This document shows, piece after piece, positions 24,622-35,967 of a stretch of 64,000 nt of DNA. Where the stretch lies: contig NW_013547019.1 in assembly GCF_000711695.1 (NCBI RefSeq), positions 186,001 through 250,000 of the forward strand. The letters are read 5' to 3'. A model generated the notes under the pieces. The model had not been told where the DNA came from and did no database searches. It saw nothing but the letters and a program-made list of their open reading frames with translations. The position numbers were made by a program, and so were the translations under genes. The first letter of the stretch is position 1; each line of letters begins with the position of its first letter. The DNA is from Tilletiaria anomala UBC 951. Lineage: Eukaryota.

Positions 24622-26382
24622 ATGGCTCACCACGCGCGGTTGGCGGGCAGCCCGCCGATGCAGCATGCTACGTCCCACGGCGGATATGGCGCGCCGGCCA
24701 GCGGCACAGAGTCGCCTGCTGGTGTCACAGCCGGAGGCAAGAGGAAACGAAAGCAAGCCAAATCGCACGCCGCCTTGACCTCTCAGCAGCAACAGGCTGC
24801 CGCGGCGGCGCACGCGCACGCGCAACAGCAGGCGCTGCTTGTAGCACAGCAGCAGCAGAGCATGTCCTCTGGCATGGCGCTGGGGATTGCGATGGACGAT
24901 GAGGCGACCGAGCTGGCTCTAGGTTAGTAGTTCCGCGCCGAGCTGGACTGAATGTGTGGTATGGGGCGCTGATTTCAGGCGCTATCTGCAGACGATCTGG
25001 ACCGACATACACCGAGAGATCTGGCCATTGCCCGATACAAGCGCGGTCATGAGTTACTCGCCATGATTTTTGACGCGCGGAAGATGGGTGAGAATCAAGC
25101 TGAGAAAATACATTGCCTTGGATGATGCGCTGACATCGTGCTCTCGGGCTGCTCGATAGAACATTTGCGGCCAGGGCCATCCCCGTATGCAGGTTTCACT
25201 CCAAAAAAGCTGGAGGAACGCGTGCAGCAGTTGCGCTCCGCCACTACCGAACTGCAAGATAGTCACGCGGAAAAGATGCGCAAGCTAAAGGAGTCGCTGG
25301 CGATCAAGGCATGGCCAACGGAGGACGATGACGCAGACTATGGGCAGCTAGAAGAGTGGGCGCGCCGGCCTGCAAGTGGCAGAATCCTCGGCGTCGGGCT
25401 GGTGCGGGCGCCGACGCCAGAGATAGCCAACGAGCAAAGGGCCGCGGAGCAAAGTGCAGTAGGCGCAAGCGATAGGCCAGCAGATGCCACCATGGAGGAT
25501 GGCAGCGGAGACGGGTTCGGAAAGAGCGGTGAAGGTGGCCAGACGGAGGAAGAGCGCATCCGGCACGAGGCAGAGGTGATTGACCAGATCAACAAGGAGC
25601 ACGGCGAGAACATTCCGAGTGGCATCCCACCCATAGTGGCCGAGCCGCTTGGACTTGACCAGCAAGCGGATCCATCATTTAGCAGTCTTTCAACAGCGCT
25701 CAGTCCCAAGGCACAACCTCTTGCAGCTGCAGCTGCAGATGATGCTGATGCGGGCAGCACGGCAGGGCAGCAGTCGCAGAAGACTGAACCAGCTGATGTG
25801 GCTGCTCCAGCTGCTGCTCTGCTGGCTGAGGTCCCCGACACGGCTCGGGTGCCAGAAGAAGCTGCGAGCGGCGCTGATCCGCAACGGACAGGTGCTGTGC
25901 CGCCGCCTGCTGCTAGTGCTACTGGCGACGCCATGGACGTCGACGTACCCACTGCGACGGACGCGAACGCGACCGAGGAAGACGCTGCGCAGCCAGCCGC
26001 CGAAGTAGAGACGGGGCAAGAGGCAGATACGGCGCCCACATCAGCGGCTGCTGAGGCAGGTGCCAGGGGGGAAAGAGGCAGATACGGCACCCACATCAGC
26101 GGCTGCTGAAGCAGGTGCCAGGGGGCAATCAGCACTGTCCCTGCTGCAGCTGACCATGACATTATGGCCGCTTCCACGTCCACGTCCACGTCCGCTTCCA
26201 CTTCCACTCCTGGCGATACAAGAGACGGGTGCGCAAAGAATGTCGAGCGCTCGGGTGCCCTTTTTGCCGCTTCCTCGGGCGCGGGTGTTGATGCTGCGGT
26301 GGCAGAAGCTCCTCTTCTCCCGATCGAGGCGACGGCGCCTTCTGACAAGGCAGCGGCAGCGGGTCGGGTCGATGCGCCATGA
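24622..26382 (+). CDS. Protein with an Ssr4 (DUF1750) C-terminal/Snf6-like motif; possible SWI/SNF-RSC subunit
   Basis: Exons 24622-24922, 24992-25087, 25160-onward. NLS-like KRKRK, polyQ/A tract, spliced motif DDLDRHTPRDLAIARYKRGHELLAMIFD followed by a coiled coil. The 3' end (26109 or 26382) is ambiguous because of a duplicated segment. Confidence 0.55.
26018..26125 (+). repeat. Two-copy tandem duplication (~54-55 nt)
   Basis: AAGAGGCAGATACGGC(G/A)CCCACATCAGCGGCTGCTGA(G/A)GCAGGTGCCAGGGGG occurs at 26018 and 26073. Confidence 0.95.
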
Positions 26383-26812
26383 AGGGGGAGGAGCAGCTGC
26401 AGCCAGAGGGCTTCCATCAGGCGGCCGAGGCGCGCTGGTGCTTGCAGGACATGTATGTATGCATGCTGCTCTAATTCCTCGCTATGTATATATGTGCATG
26501 CAAGCGTATTATTTTCTTTTCTTTCCTCTAGCTTGTGCAAGACTCGAGCTTGGCGTTTGCTGCAGCATGGTGTTGGATTGGTGCCATTGCAAATGATGAA
26601 TGATGGGGCCTTGGAGAATCGGGTTAGGGTTAACGCACCCTTTGCTCTGGTGGGGAATGTCGCCGCATTGATTCACACTCTCTCGGCGCCGATCAAGTCT
26701 CCCAAGGCGGGCGGCCGAGTGGGCGTGTTAAGGTTAGGCACTGGACGGCAGCCATCCAACAATATGATGGGTCCATCAGCCAGCACCAACCAACAAACGC
26801 ATTGGGTATGGT

Positions 26813-26873
26813 TTATTATTATTATTATTATTATCATCATCATTATTATCATTATTATCGTCGTCGTCGTCGT
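26813..26873. repeat. Compound trinucleotide microsatellite (ATT)n(ATC)n(GTC)n
   Basis: Directly visible run of ATT, ATC and GTC units. Confidence 0.95.
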
Positions 26874-27387
26874 GGGACCATCTGCGCATTCAATTAATTT
26901 ATTTCCCTCCCAGCTAGTATGGCAGCATGGTATCTATACAATGTACTCTTCACTGCGCTACGGCTCTGCAATGCGACTGCACTGGATATAACACGTACAA
27001 CATCTTCCTCCTCCTCCCCGGTCGGCAAGTCAGCGTTCGCTACATGTCGTCTGTATCCCCTCCTCTAGACGGATCCCTATCCCTGCTGACGCCTGGCCCT
27101 CCGATATTGATTCATTGAGCTATATATAATATATCTTCTCATCGCCCGCCCTCTATGCGGTACCAGGGGCACGTACCATCTCTCCAGCCGAAACCTATTT
27201 CCCTTTGCGCGATGTGCGCAGGTCCCTACGCGATGGGATGATGCCTTCACCGTCATCCTCTGCCGTGGCCCCATTGGACGACATACACTACACCAAGCCC
27301 CACTGGTCCCCCAGTCCACGCCCCAAGCGGAAGGGACAGCGGCAGCGCGGATGGACGCGGCGCTGATACCTATATAAAAAGGACAAG

Positions 27388-30290
27388 GAGCGCACGTTCG
27401 GCGCTGGCGTCGACGTCCCGGGTGCCGCGTCGAACGTCGCCTCCCACCTGCTCTTCACGCGGTTCGACGCGCTGTTCTGGCAGGGATGGCGCACGCCGCT
27501 CAAGAGGGACGATGGGTCGGCCTCTCTTCGCCCCTATGGCACTGTCGCCCCTCCCGGTCGTGTCTGCTCTCGATGAACGACTGGCTGACTTCCTGACTGA
27601 CTGGCTCGCTGGCTGAGCGGAATCGAAGAAAGGGAACCCTCTGACACACGCATGCACGTGAAGCCCCGCCTTTGCATCCCCAGACATGTGGGGAATGAGC
27701 CTGTGCCGCCGGTCCGGCCCCATGGGCCGTCTTGTTGAGCGCGGATTGTACCTCCGTATCCGCTGAGGCGCAGCAGGAGCCCGCCGCGGATGACCTGGAC
27801 GCCTTCTGGCGCACCGTACCCTGATCCATCCACCCCATCCTGCGCTCTCAGCGCGGCCGGCCCAAGCCCAGCGAGAGCCTGCTGGCCGTCGTGTATCGGT
27901 GCGTCTCTGCATGTCCGTCTGCTCACTCGTTGCGCTGCTCATGGCTTTGGCATGTGCTAGATGCGTCGAATGCTGAGGCCAGCCTTCTCCCATTCCCCTC
28001 CCCATCGCGACATGGCAGCGTCTTCTTTATCCCCCTATTACTCACTGGCCTCCTCTTCTTCTTCATCAGATCCTCCCTGTCGTCTCGCCACTGGTGACGC
28101 AGGGCTTGCTGAACTCTGAACTACCTGTTGCGGTCGCACGCGTAAGCGTGTGCGCCACTTATCGCTCAAGGCCACGAGCGCACCGCTGAGGGCACGGCTT
28201 CGCTATCGGGCTGTACGTCGTGCAGCAGGCCGCTATGTATCCGTTCAACAGTGTCATCTAATCCGACCAGGCGCAGGGCATCGTCCTGCGCACGTCGCCA
28301 CCAGCTTCCGCAAGAACCTCTGTCATCAGCGCAGCCGCGCACCACGCGCATACCTCAGCCGCATTGCCACGCTCATCTCCATGGACACCTACCGCATGGA
28401 CCGCGTTGTCGTGTTCGTTCACCTCATCTGGGCCGCACCCGTCGCCATTGTGAGTGTGCGCGCGGCGCAGCGCCGGCAATTCCTCTTCGCCGACGATCTC
28501 GAGGGCGTTGACTCAACGGACAGCAAGCACGGTGTGCGCACACAAGGCAGCTACAGGTGGCAGACGAGCGACTCGCAGGCCGGGCCAGTCGACGGGCTCA
28601 ACAAAGACAAAAGGATGCCTGCTGCCGAGGCGCAGGTGCAGGTGCGGCCCGACCCGACCAAGGAGGAGCTGCACGCCAAGGAGAAGCAAGCTGAGGCGAA
28701 ACGCATCACGAAGGAGCACAAGAAGAAGAAAAGAGCGCGGAACGTCGCGCACGAACAGCGGATGCGCCTCCTCCGCCGCGCTGCGGCCGGCGAGGAGGTC
28801 AAAAGGGAGGTCCCGGCACTGCCTCCAGCGTCCCTTCCCACATCGTCCTCGCCGAAGACCCACTCTCCAGCGTCGACGCGCACGTCGGCCACCGCATCCT
28901 GCAAAACTGCTTCCTCGCCGGTGCCGGGCCTCTGTCGCGCTCCAGGCGCGTCCTCGCAACACACCAGCTCCATGTCCTCCCGCACATTGCCTGAATCATC
29001 CTCCTCGATGATGGCATCATCAGCGAGCAGAACATCTCCAGCGACGTCGTCACCACCGCCGGCGCGCTCGCCAAGCTTCGAGGAGTTGGGCAACGCGCGG
29101 CGCGAAGCGCCCGCGTAAAATCCGATACCGCCGACTCCAAGGCCAGCCAGCCAGGCGGATGTGGATGCGAAAGCAATATCAAAAGGCGAGGCGGCAGCAA
29201 AGCAAGACAGGGCATCGCAGTTTGGGTCGAACGCATCCACCAAGAAGCTGATGGAGGACGAAGAGCGTGCCGCTGGCGCGGTCGGGTGGAAGGTGTACGC
29301 CGGGTACATCACCGCACCCGGATGATTTTCCTGGTTCCCGATCGTGCTCGCGCCCCTTGTCCGCCAGCACGGCTGGAACGCCGCTAAATCGCTCATCCTC
29401 GGCTTCTGGACTGGCAATGAGATCCCCGGCTTCCACACGGGAGACTATATTGGCCTTTTGGCATCTACGCTGGCGTCGGCGCCGAGTGCGCCAGTTTCAC
29501 ATTCGTCAGCAACCTAATGATGAACTTCGCCGTGTTCTACGCCTCCGTCACACTCTTCCACACCGCCGATGGCGGTGTGCTCCGGGTTCCCATTGCGTGA
29601 TTCAACACGGCGCCCACCGGGCGTACCTAGTCGCGCTTAACCAAGGACGTCGATACCATGGACCTCCAGGCTGCCAAGTTCTGCTTTGCGTTCGCCACCC
29701 CTCTATTCGGTGTCTTTGTAAAGTTGTGAATGCCCGTCCGACGTTGGCGATAATCCTTTCAAAAAAGAAACAGGAGCAACGCTGCTGACGCATTTTCTTG
29801 CATCGACTGACAGCGCGATTGTCACCTACGCGTTCTTTTGGCTCTTCCTCGAATTCCTGCAGCTCGTCCTGGCCTTCTGAATCATCCAAAGTTTCTACCA
29901 GCGCCGCTCGCACGAAACAAAGCGCGCCGAGGCGCTGGTCACCTCGCATGTTTACACCCTGCACGACGAGACTTTCAACGGCGTGCTGACGGGCCACGCT
30001 TGCTCGCAGCAGGAAGATTTCATCTGCCAACGTAACCTCTGTTTCGATTACAACAACCGCGCAGGATTCGTCAGCATTGCGCTCGCGCAGTAGGTGCAGA
30101 TTCACACGGACAGCATCGGCAACACCGTCCTGCTCATGCTCGGACTCGTGGACATGGGCCTGTGAACCAGGTCGCCGAGAAATCTCGGCGCAGTGCTCGC
30201 CTGCGCCTTCATGATCATCCAAAGTCTGAGACAGATGGTGCAGTTGATCGCATAGCGTGAGTCGTGCTTCGCAGCGATCCAAAGCGCTTC
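27388..30290 (+). pseudogene. ABCC/MRP (Yor1-like) transporter pseudogene with internal deletions
   Basis: Collinear relics: ASNVASHLLFTRFDALFWQGWRTPLK (~27425), RIATLISMDTYRMD...HLIWAAP (~28360), FLFADD...GSYRW, LATHQLHVLPHIA* (28953, NBD1 H-loop), KKLMEDEERAAGAVGWKVY (29242), VLRVPIA*FNTAPTGRT*SRLTKDVDTMD (29577), YQRRSHETKRAEALVTSHVY (29896). Stops and frameshifts throughout. Confidence 0.88.
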
Positions 30291-30730
30291 TACACGAAGC
30301 TGACCGCTGTCAGATTCCTGCGTCGCACAGTGGAGCAATCATTTATGAGCATGCAGCCGGTCTCAACTCAAAACGCATCAATTCAAGGGCGTCATGACTA
30401 ATTTCTCTGTATGAATACTCTCCAGGCAATCGTAATGTAAACCGCCCGCATGGCGGAGACAAGGCCACCGGTCGAGCTCTTCGACAAGAACGACTCCGTC
30501 TTTAGAAGCATGCGTGAATCGGCTTCCTTATCTAAAGATACCATTGGGCAGAGCCAGGCAGGGGGCTACGCGCCGCATGTTATGACGCCAGGACTTTTCA
30601 GCCTGCATACCGTGCACTTGGAGGGTGGGAATACAACATTTGCAACAGTGACAATGGGGTAGATGAGGGCGTTCGAAAGGTGTGCATGCTGCATTAATTT
30701 GCCATAATTAACGACCGAAGCAAGCGAGCG

Positions 30731-32360
30731 TCACGATTTGGTGGTGGCGTATCCTAGGCTCCCCGCATCGCTAGAGTACGACGAACCAGTGGAAGACAGA
30801 GTCGCGGGTGTAAAGCCGAAGGATGAGCCCGCGAGCTTTCCAGAAGTGGAAGAGACGGATGAATTCGAGTAGTGTCCGCGTATGCTACCCATCATGCTGC
30901 TGCCTGTCCCCATGTTGACTTGCGGTATAGGTGGTGAAGAATGAGCCATGGTGCTGAGCGAAGCACCTTTAATGGCGCTCTCGAGGTTGACGAGCTCCTC
31001 TTTGATCAGATGGCGTGCCAGCCCATCGATCTCTTTCGATACTTGCACCAAGATTTTCTGGGCGAATTGAGGATAAGCAAGGTCAGGTCAGATGCGACCA
31101 TGCATAAAAGCCAAATATCGGCGTACCTTGAACTTCGAGTCTACCTTGAGCATGATGTCCTGCAAGGCGGCAGTGAGAGGTACCGGTGCCGCGGTCGCAG
31201 TTTCAAATTCCAGGGCGGTGCCGTCGAGTGCTTGCCCACCGTTGTTAGCAGCAGCGTTTGGGCTGGATGGTCCCAGAAATAGCAGCAGCTTGTGATACGT
31301 CTCAACTATGATGTCGCAAAGCGTCATGAAAACTTGGAAAAAATCGAGATGATACGGCTTTAGACGAGCAAGGGACATATGTGGCTGGTGAGTCTGCCTG
31401 CACGAATGCTTTGTGGCCGCAGCGTGCTGCCGCTACTCACTATATTCGGCCAGAGCAGCGCAGCGTCACCGCTGATCCCGACGGTGGTGATGGCATTATC
31501 CGGCAGAGTCAAATCAGCGCGGCCTTTGCCTTTGGCTTTGAATATGTTCCGAACTTTCGCCTTGTCCTTCTCGATGGCTTCCGAGAAGGTGTCCACCTCA
31601 TTCATAATGTTCAGCAGCGCCTTGCAAAACTCTGGAGCGGACCGGATCTCGAGAAGTGGCGCCATCGAGATACCGATCACCATATGTCGTGTTGTTCTTT
31701 GGCGCCGATCGATATATCAGTTCTTCCTCCGTCCTTGGACCCATGAAGAGCCAGATGGCTGTGAACTCACCGTTTCCGTACACGTTCAGAGTCAAAGGCT
31801 GCCTCCAGATCCTTCCTAGATATTCGCACTGTGTTCATCCACAATTGCTTTCTATGTTGCGAAGGGGAACATACCACGCTCAGATTTTAAAACTGACCGC
31901 CTCGCTCGCTCCTAGGTCAGTCCCATGCAGCTCACCCTGTTAATGTCCCTTTCACATATTGAAAGCTCTGTATACGCTTCTGAAATAAGACTCGCATCCC
32001 GTCTCTGGTTGTAGGCAGACCTAGAGTGTTGGCTGCCACCTCCCCATCTCTCAAGCTGGACGCGCTAGGCGGCAAAGAGACCGCGCCGCTGAAGCCCGCA
32101 GAGAACAGGCCGGAGTTGAGCGCAGGGCTCTGTAGCAGGCTGGTATCATGCCATGAGCCATCTATCGCCGCGAGCGCAGGACTGCTATCGGCTAAACCTG
32201 ATGCTCGCATGGTTGACATAGAGTTACCTGTGCTCGGACCTGCCTGTGCGCTCGAACTTGATGCCGATGCGGTGGCGGATGACTTGACGTGCTCCTGGTC
32301 CGTTGCTGCGATGGCGTTCAGTTCGAGCTTGGAGGGTCGGCGACCGATCATCCTGCTCAT
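30731..32360 (-). CDS. Conserved fungal hypothetical protein (about 5 exons)
   Basis: The spliced model reads FQKRIQSFQYVKGTLTG-KQLWMNTVRISRKDLEAAFD-...IGISMAPLLEI...-PYHLDFFQVFMTLCDIIVETYHK...KVDSKFK-...KEIDGLARHLIKEELVNL, with canonical introns. Function not recognised. Confidence 0.7.
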
Positions 32361-34041
32361 CTTGTTCTTGGAAATTCTGGGATTCGGTACGCGTTCAAAA
32401 TGCTTAAAAAGAATCGTCGGTAGATTTCCGTGTCAATCCTTGTCGGTGGAGGAGTCAGGAGCCCAAGTGGGTCGGCGAGGTGAACTAAAGCTTCGATCAG
32501 GTATGGCTTTGACTGGAACCGTCAATCAGTTTCAATTCGCATCAGCGTGCTGCTTCACGGGTCAAAGCTCTCAGGCGCAGGCTGGCACCACAAGCCTCCC
32601 CATGTTCTTCCTGTGGCAACTGGCAACGTTGATGCTAGACCGTTCGGCTAAGATGAAGTTCAACCACGACAGCCAAAGCCCTCCAGATTATAAGCACTGA
32701 TTCAAGTCAAGTCAGTCTGGAGTCTGGAGGTCTAAACAGGTCAATGTGGCACTGGAGCGGTGTAGACTTTTAAGCAAAGAGCGCGCGTCTCTCTCGCGGT
32801 TCCGCCTCTAGGTATTCATCGCTTCGCTACGAGCTCTTCGGACTACACCTCGCCTAATCGAATTATCATGCCGCCCATTACACATGGTGCTGAATATCTT
32901 TAGCAACGGATGGGCGTCATGCAGCAGCACGCTCTCGCCTCGACCGCCAATGTTCAGAGAAGGCTTCGGGACGGGTGGAGACGTGTGAGGATCCACAGAA
33001 TTTGCACGGCGCACAGGTGATGCAACCCATTCAGCTGTCAAAGATGCATCGCCGGAATATCTCAATAGGGTAAACCTTGAGTCCCAAAAAGGTACGCGTG
33101 ACTGCTTGAGCACACAGGACATCTCCGGCGAGTCAGGGACTGGGGGCGCAGCTTGAAGTACGGTGAGGACGCTCGTGGCCCGGCGAAGAGTGAACAGTCA
33201 AGGAGGGGCTGCTTCGAAGATGTAGAATTAAGCACACGACAACTGCTTGCGTGGAAGCGCATGCGGTAGGAGAGTAAACACGACGCTCAAAGGAACGTGA
33301 AAGTCACGTTGCTCGTTTGGCTTCCTAGCCAGACGTGCGGCGTGGTGATTCTGTTCCTCCTGGTGAAATTTTCAGGTACTTCTGAGAAACGGGGTGTGCA
33401 CACTCATCCCGTGTTAAGAGGAACGTGACAAGCGGCTATGGGCAAGGTTGTGGGAAAGGTCATCACATGCATAATTTGGGCAAAGCGTTGACTGACGCAT
33501 GGCCCCACGTCTCGGCTTAGCACAAGCCTCTACCTCTCCGACTGTAGCTCGCACTCCGGCATCCAAGGCAACATGAATGTTCGAAGGGCTTGCTGGAGCG
33601 GGATGTCAAGAGTCGCAATGCGCCGTCATTCTTTGTCAGTGGAATGCAAGGACTTCATGCGTGAGTTTAACCGCCGGCCAAGTTTTGATTTGTACTCCCA
33701 TTGCCTTCGTTTTTACTGCTGCCAATATTTTCTGGGAGCATTCTATCGGTTCTTAAGAAGGCCATGCATCATAGATTCGAGCATTCGTTTTCCGCAATCT
33801 GCCTTGATGTTCTGTTATTGATCTTGTGACTTGCGGGCTATGACTCGGCCGACTTGAGTAATTCTAAAGACCCCCGCCGCCATAACTGGATGGAGGTGAC
33901 ATGCAGAAGACACACCAGTGCGATCCTGTAGAGTACATAACAGCAGTTCATCTGATCATTGTGCCTTCTGCTTTTCTACCTATCTAAGCAAATGCTACCC
34001 TCAGGTTCTGTCCAACTTGCACACATGCCACGCGCTCTTCA

Positions 34042-35967
34042 TCATCTTTTCCCTAGCACCTTGATGCAACTGGCTCTGATAACATTCGCGGCCTTCTCGA
34101 TTTCTTTCTTCGTGAAAGCAGTGCTGACGGCGATGCGGATGGACGGCCTCGCATCGGGGCCGATCTCGAGGATCTTGGGTTGTATGCTCGGCAAACGTTT
34201 TTGTCGTACGAGCAAGACGCCATTGAGCAGTGCGTCGTCTACGATGGCCTGCAGGAGCCGCGTTTGCTCCTCTTTCGGAAGGTCGTGCGTACTAGCGGCC
34301 TGTCGCGCCAGTGCTGCTACGCCAGCGGCCACGGGAGGCGCGAGCAAGCCTGCTGCTCCACCGCCCTTCTCGTCGTTCACACGGGCTATATGTGAAGGCG
34401 GCAGCTTGTCCGCCGGTGTCTGCGGGTGCGGGTCATTTATGCTGCGCACCTGGATGTGAATGATGGGCGATGGGCTGTGCGAAGGGATGGAAATGCATTC
34501 GACAGTGTCGAGTACGCTGCGGAGCGCCTTGATGTTCGCCTGCAACACGTCCATCACACCAGAATTTGACTGCAAGCACTCGATCGCGGTTGTAGATGCG
34601 ACGGCCAGCAGCGCAGGCAGCGCGGCGGAGAAGACAAAGGCGGCCGAGTTGATGCGTTGGTGAAACTCGACGACTTCCGAGCCGGCGACAAAGCCGCCAG
34701 ACGATCCGAGCGTGCTGGCCATGGAGCCGACGAGAATGTCCACTTCGGACGCTGGCGTACCGCACAGCTCCGTCATGCCACGGCCCATTTTTCCGACTGT
34801 GCCAAAGCTAAGCGACTCGTCGAGGATGAGGCGAAACTTGTGTCTGCGCTTCAGCTCCATAACTTTGATCAGATCCGTCATCTGGCCATCGTGTTCGAAG
34901 ATGCCCTCGGTAATGATGAAGCGCCGTGTTAGCGGGCCCTTGCGCCGCTTGTCCTCGCGCGTGATGCCCTGCAGCACCTTTTCTAAGGATGACATCGAGT
35001 TGTGGTCGTACCACCGCACGTTGCAGCGCGAAATCTGGATGCCCTTTTGGATGCCGTAGTTCACGCCGCGGTCTGCGACGATAATATCTCCGCGCTTGCA
35101 GAACGCCGGAATCACCGAGGAAACCGTGCTGAAGCCTTGCGCATAGATGATGGCGCGTTCGGTGCCGAGGAACCGCGCCAGGTCGGCTTCCAGCTTCATG
35201 TGCACATCTGTGCAGAGTTGAAGATACTGAGGTAAGAGCATGTGTGCGGAAGTGAAGAGAGCTCATCAAAGGGACGTACCAATCGTTCCGTAGAAGCCTG
35301 GGGGACTGCAGCTTCCGACTCCATACTCGCGCAACGTCTCAATCGCCCGCTGCTTGACGATGTCCTGCCCTGCAAGATCTGTGAAATTGTAACTGGCGAG
35401 ATTGAGCACCTGCAGTGTCTTTCCTCCGACTTCTGCAGATCCGCCCATGCTCAAAGGCAGCGCAACCCTCGGCCGGGCCGAGTTGGCGCCGGCAATGAGT
35501 GGGACGGATGCGAGCTCTGCCTTCTCTGCCTCGCTGAGTGGTGCACAGAGCGGCTCCGGCGTAAAGTCCGCAACAAGGTCCTCGATCTCTTCCTCAGTCA
35601 GCTTGACAAAGTTGCTCCCGCTGACGTTGGAGCGTGTGCGACTTTGCAGCACGGTGCGCACCGCGAAGGCGAGCAGGAGGAGCTCGAGCAGCGAGCGCAC
35701 CGGGTCATTCTGGTAGGACGAGCGGATGTAGCGCATTAGGATAGCAGAGCCTGGGAGTGACTGAAATGTGCGACTGAGAAAAGCAGCGATTTGCAGCAGA
35801 AATGTGAGCAAGGGATGCGCCCAGGTCGCTTCGCTCGATTCAGCGAGGGAGGAGCTGCCATAATGGGCGCCAGCCCCTACTGCTGATGCTGCTCCCAGAG
35901 TCCGCATCGCCGGGTTGGCCGCTGATGTCCGCAGGATCGACTTTGCCATGTCGGGGATGGCATTCAT
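34042..35967 (-). CDS. LCB1: Serine palmitoyltransferase subunit 1
   Basis: YIRSSYQNDPVRSLLEL TM segment, LNLASYNF, YGVGSCSPPGFYGT-DVH, AFCKRGDIIVAD, LILDESLSFG, VGSMASTL (no PLP-binding Lys, typical of Lcb1), FVFSAALP. Intron 35208-35279. Confidence 0.95.

Noticed and set aside
25338..26540. 400-aa minus-strand ORF and many similar antisense ORFs
   Set aside because: These are shadow ORFs of GC-rich coding sequence on the opposite strand, with no independent motifs.
26621..26633. Telomere-like GGGTTAGGGTTA (also TAACCCTAAC near 13951)
   Set aside because: Only about two units each; compatible with chance or isolated factor sites, not an interstitial telomere.
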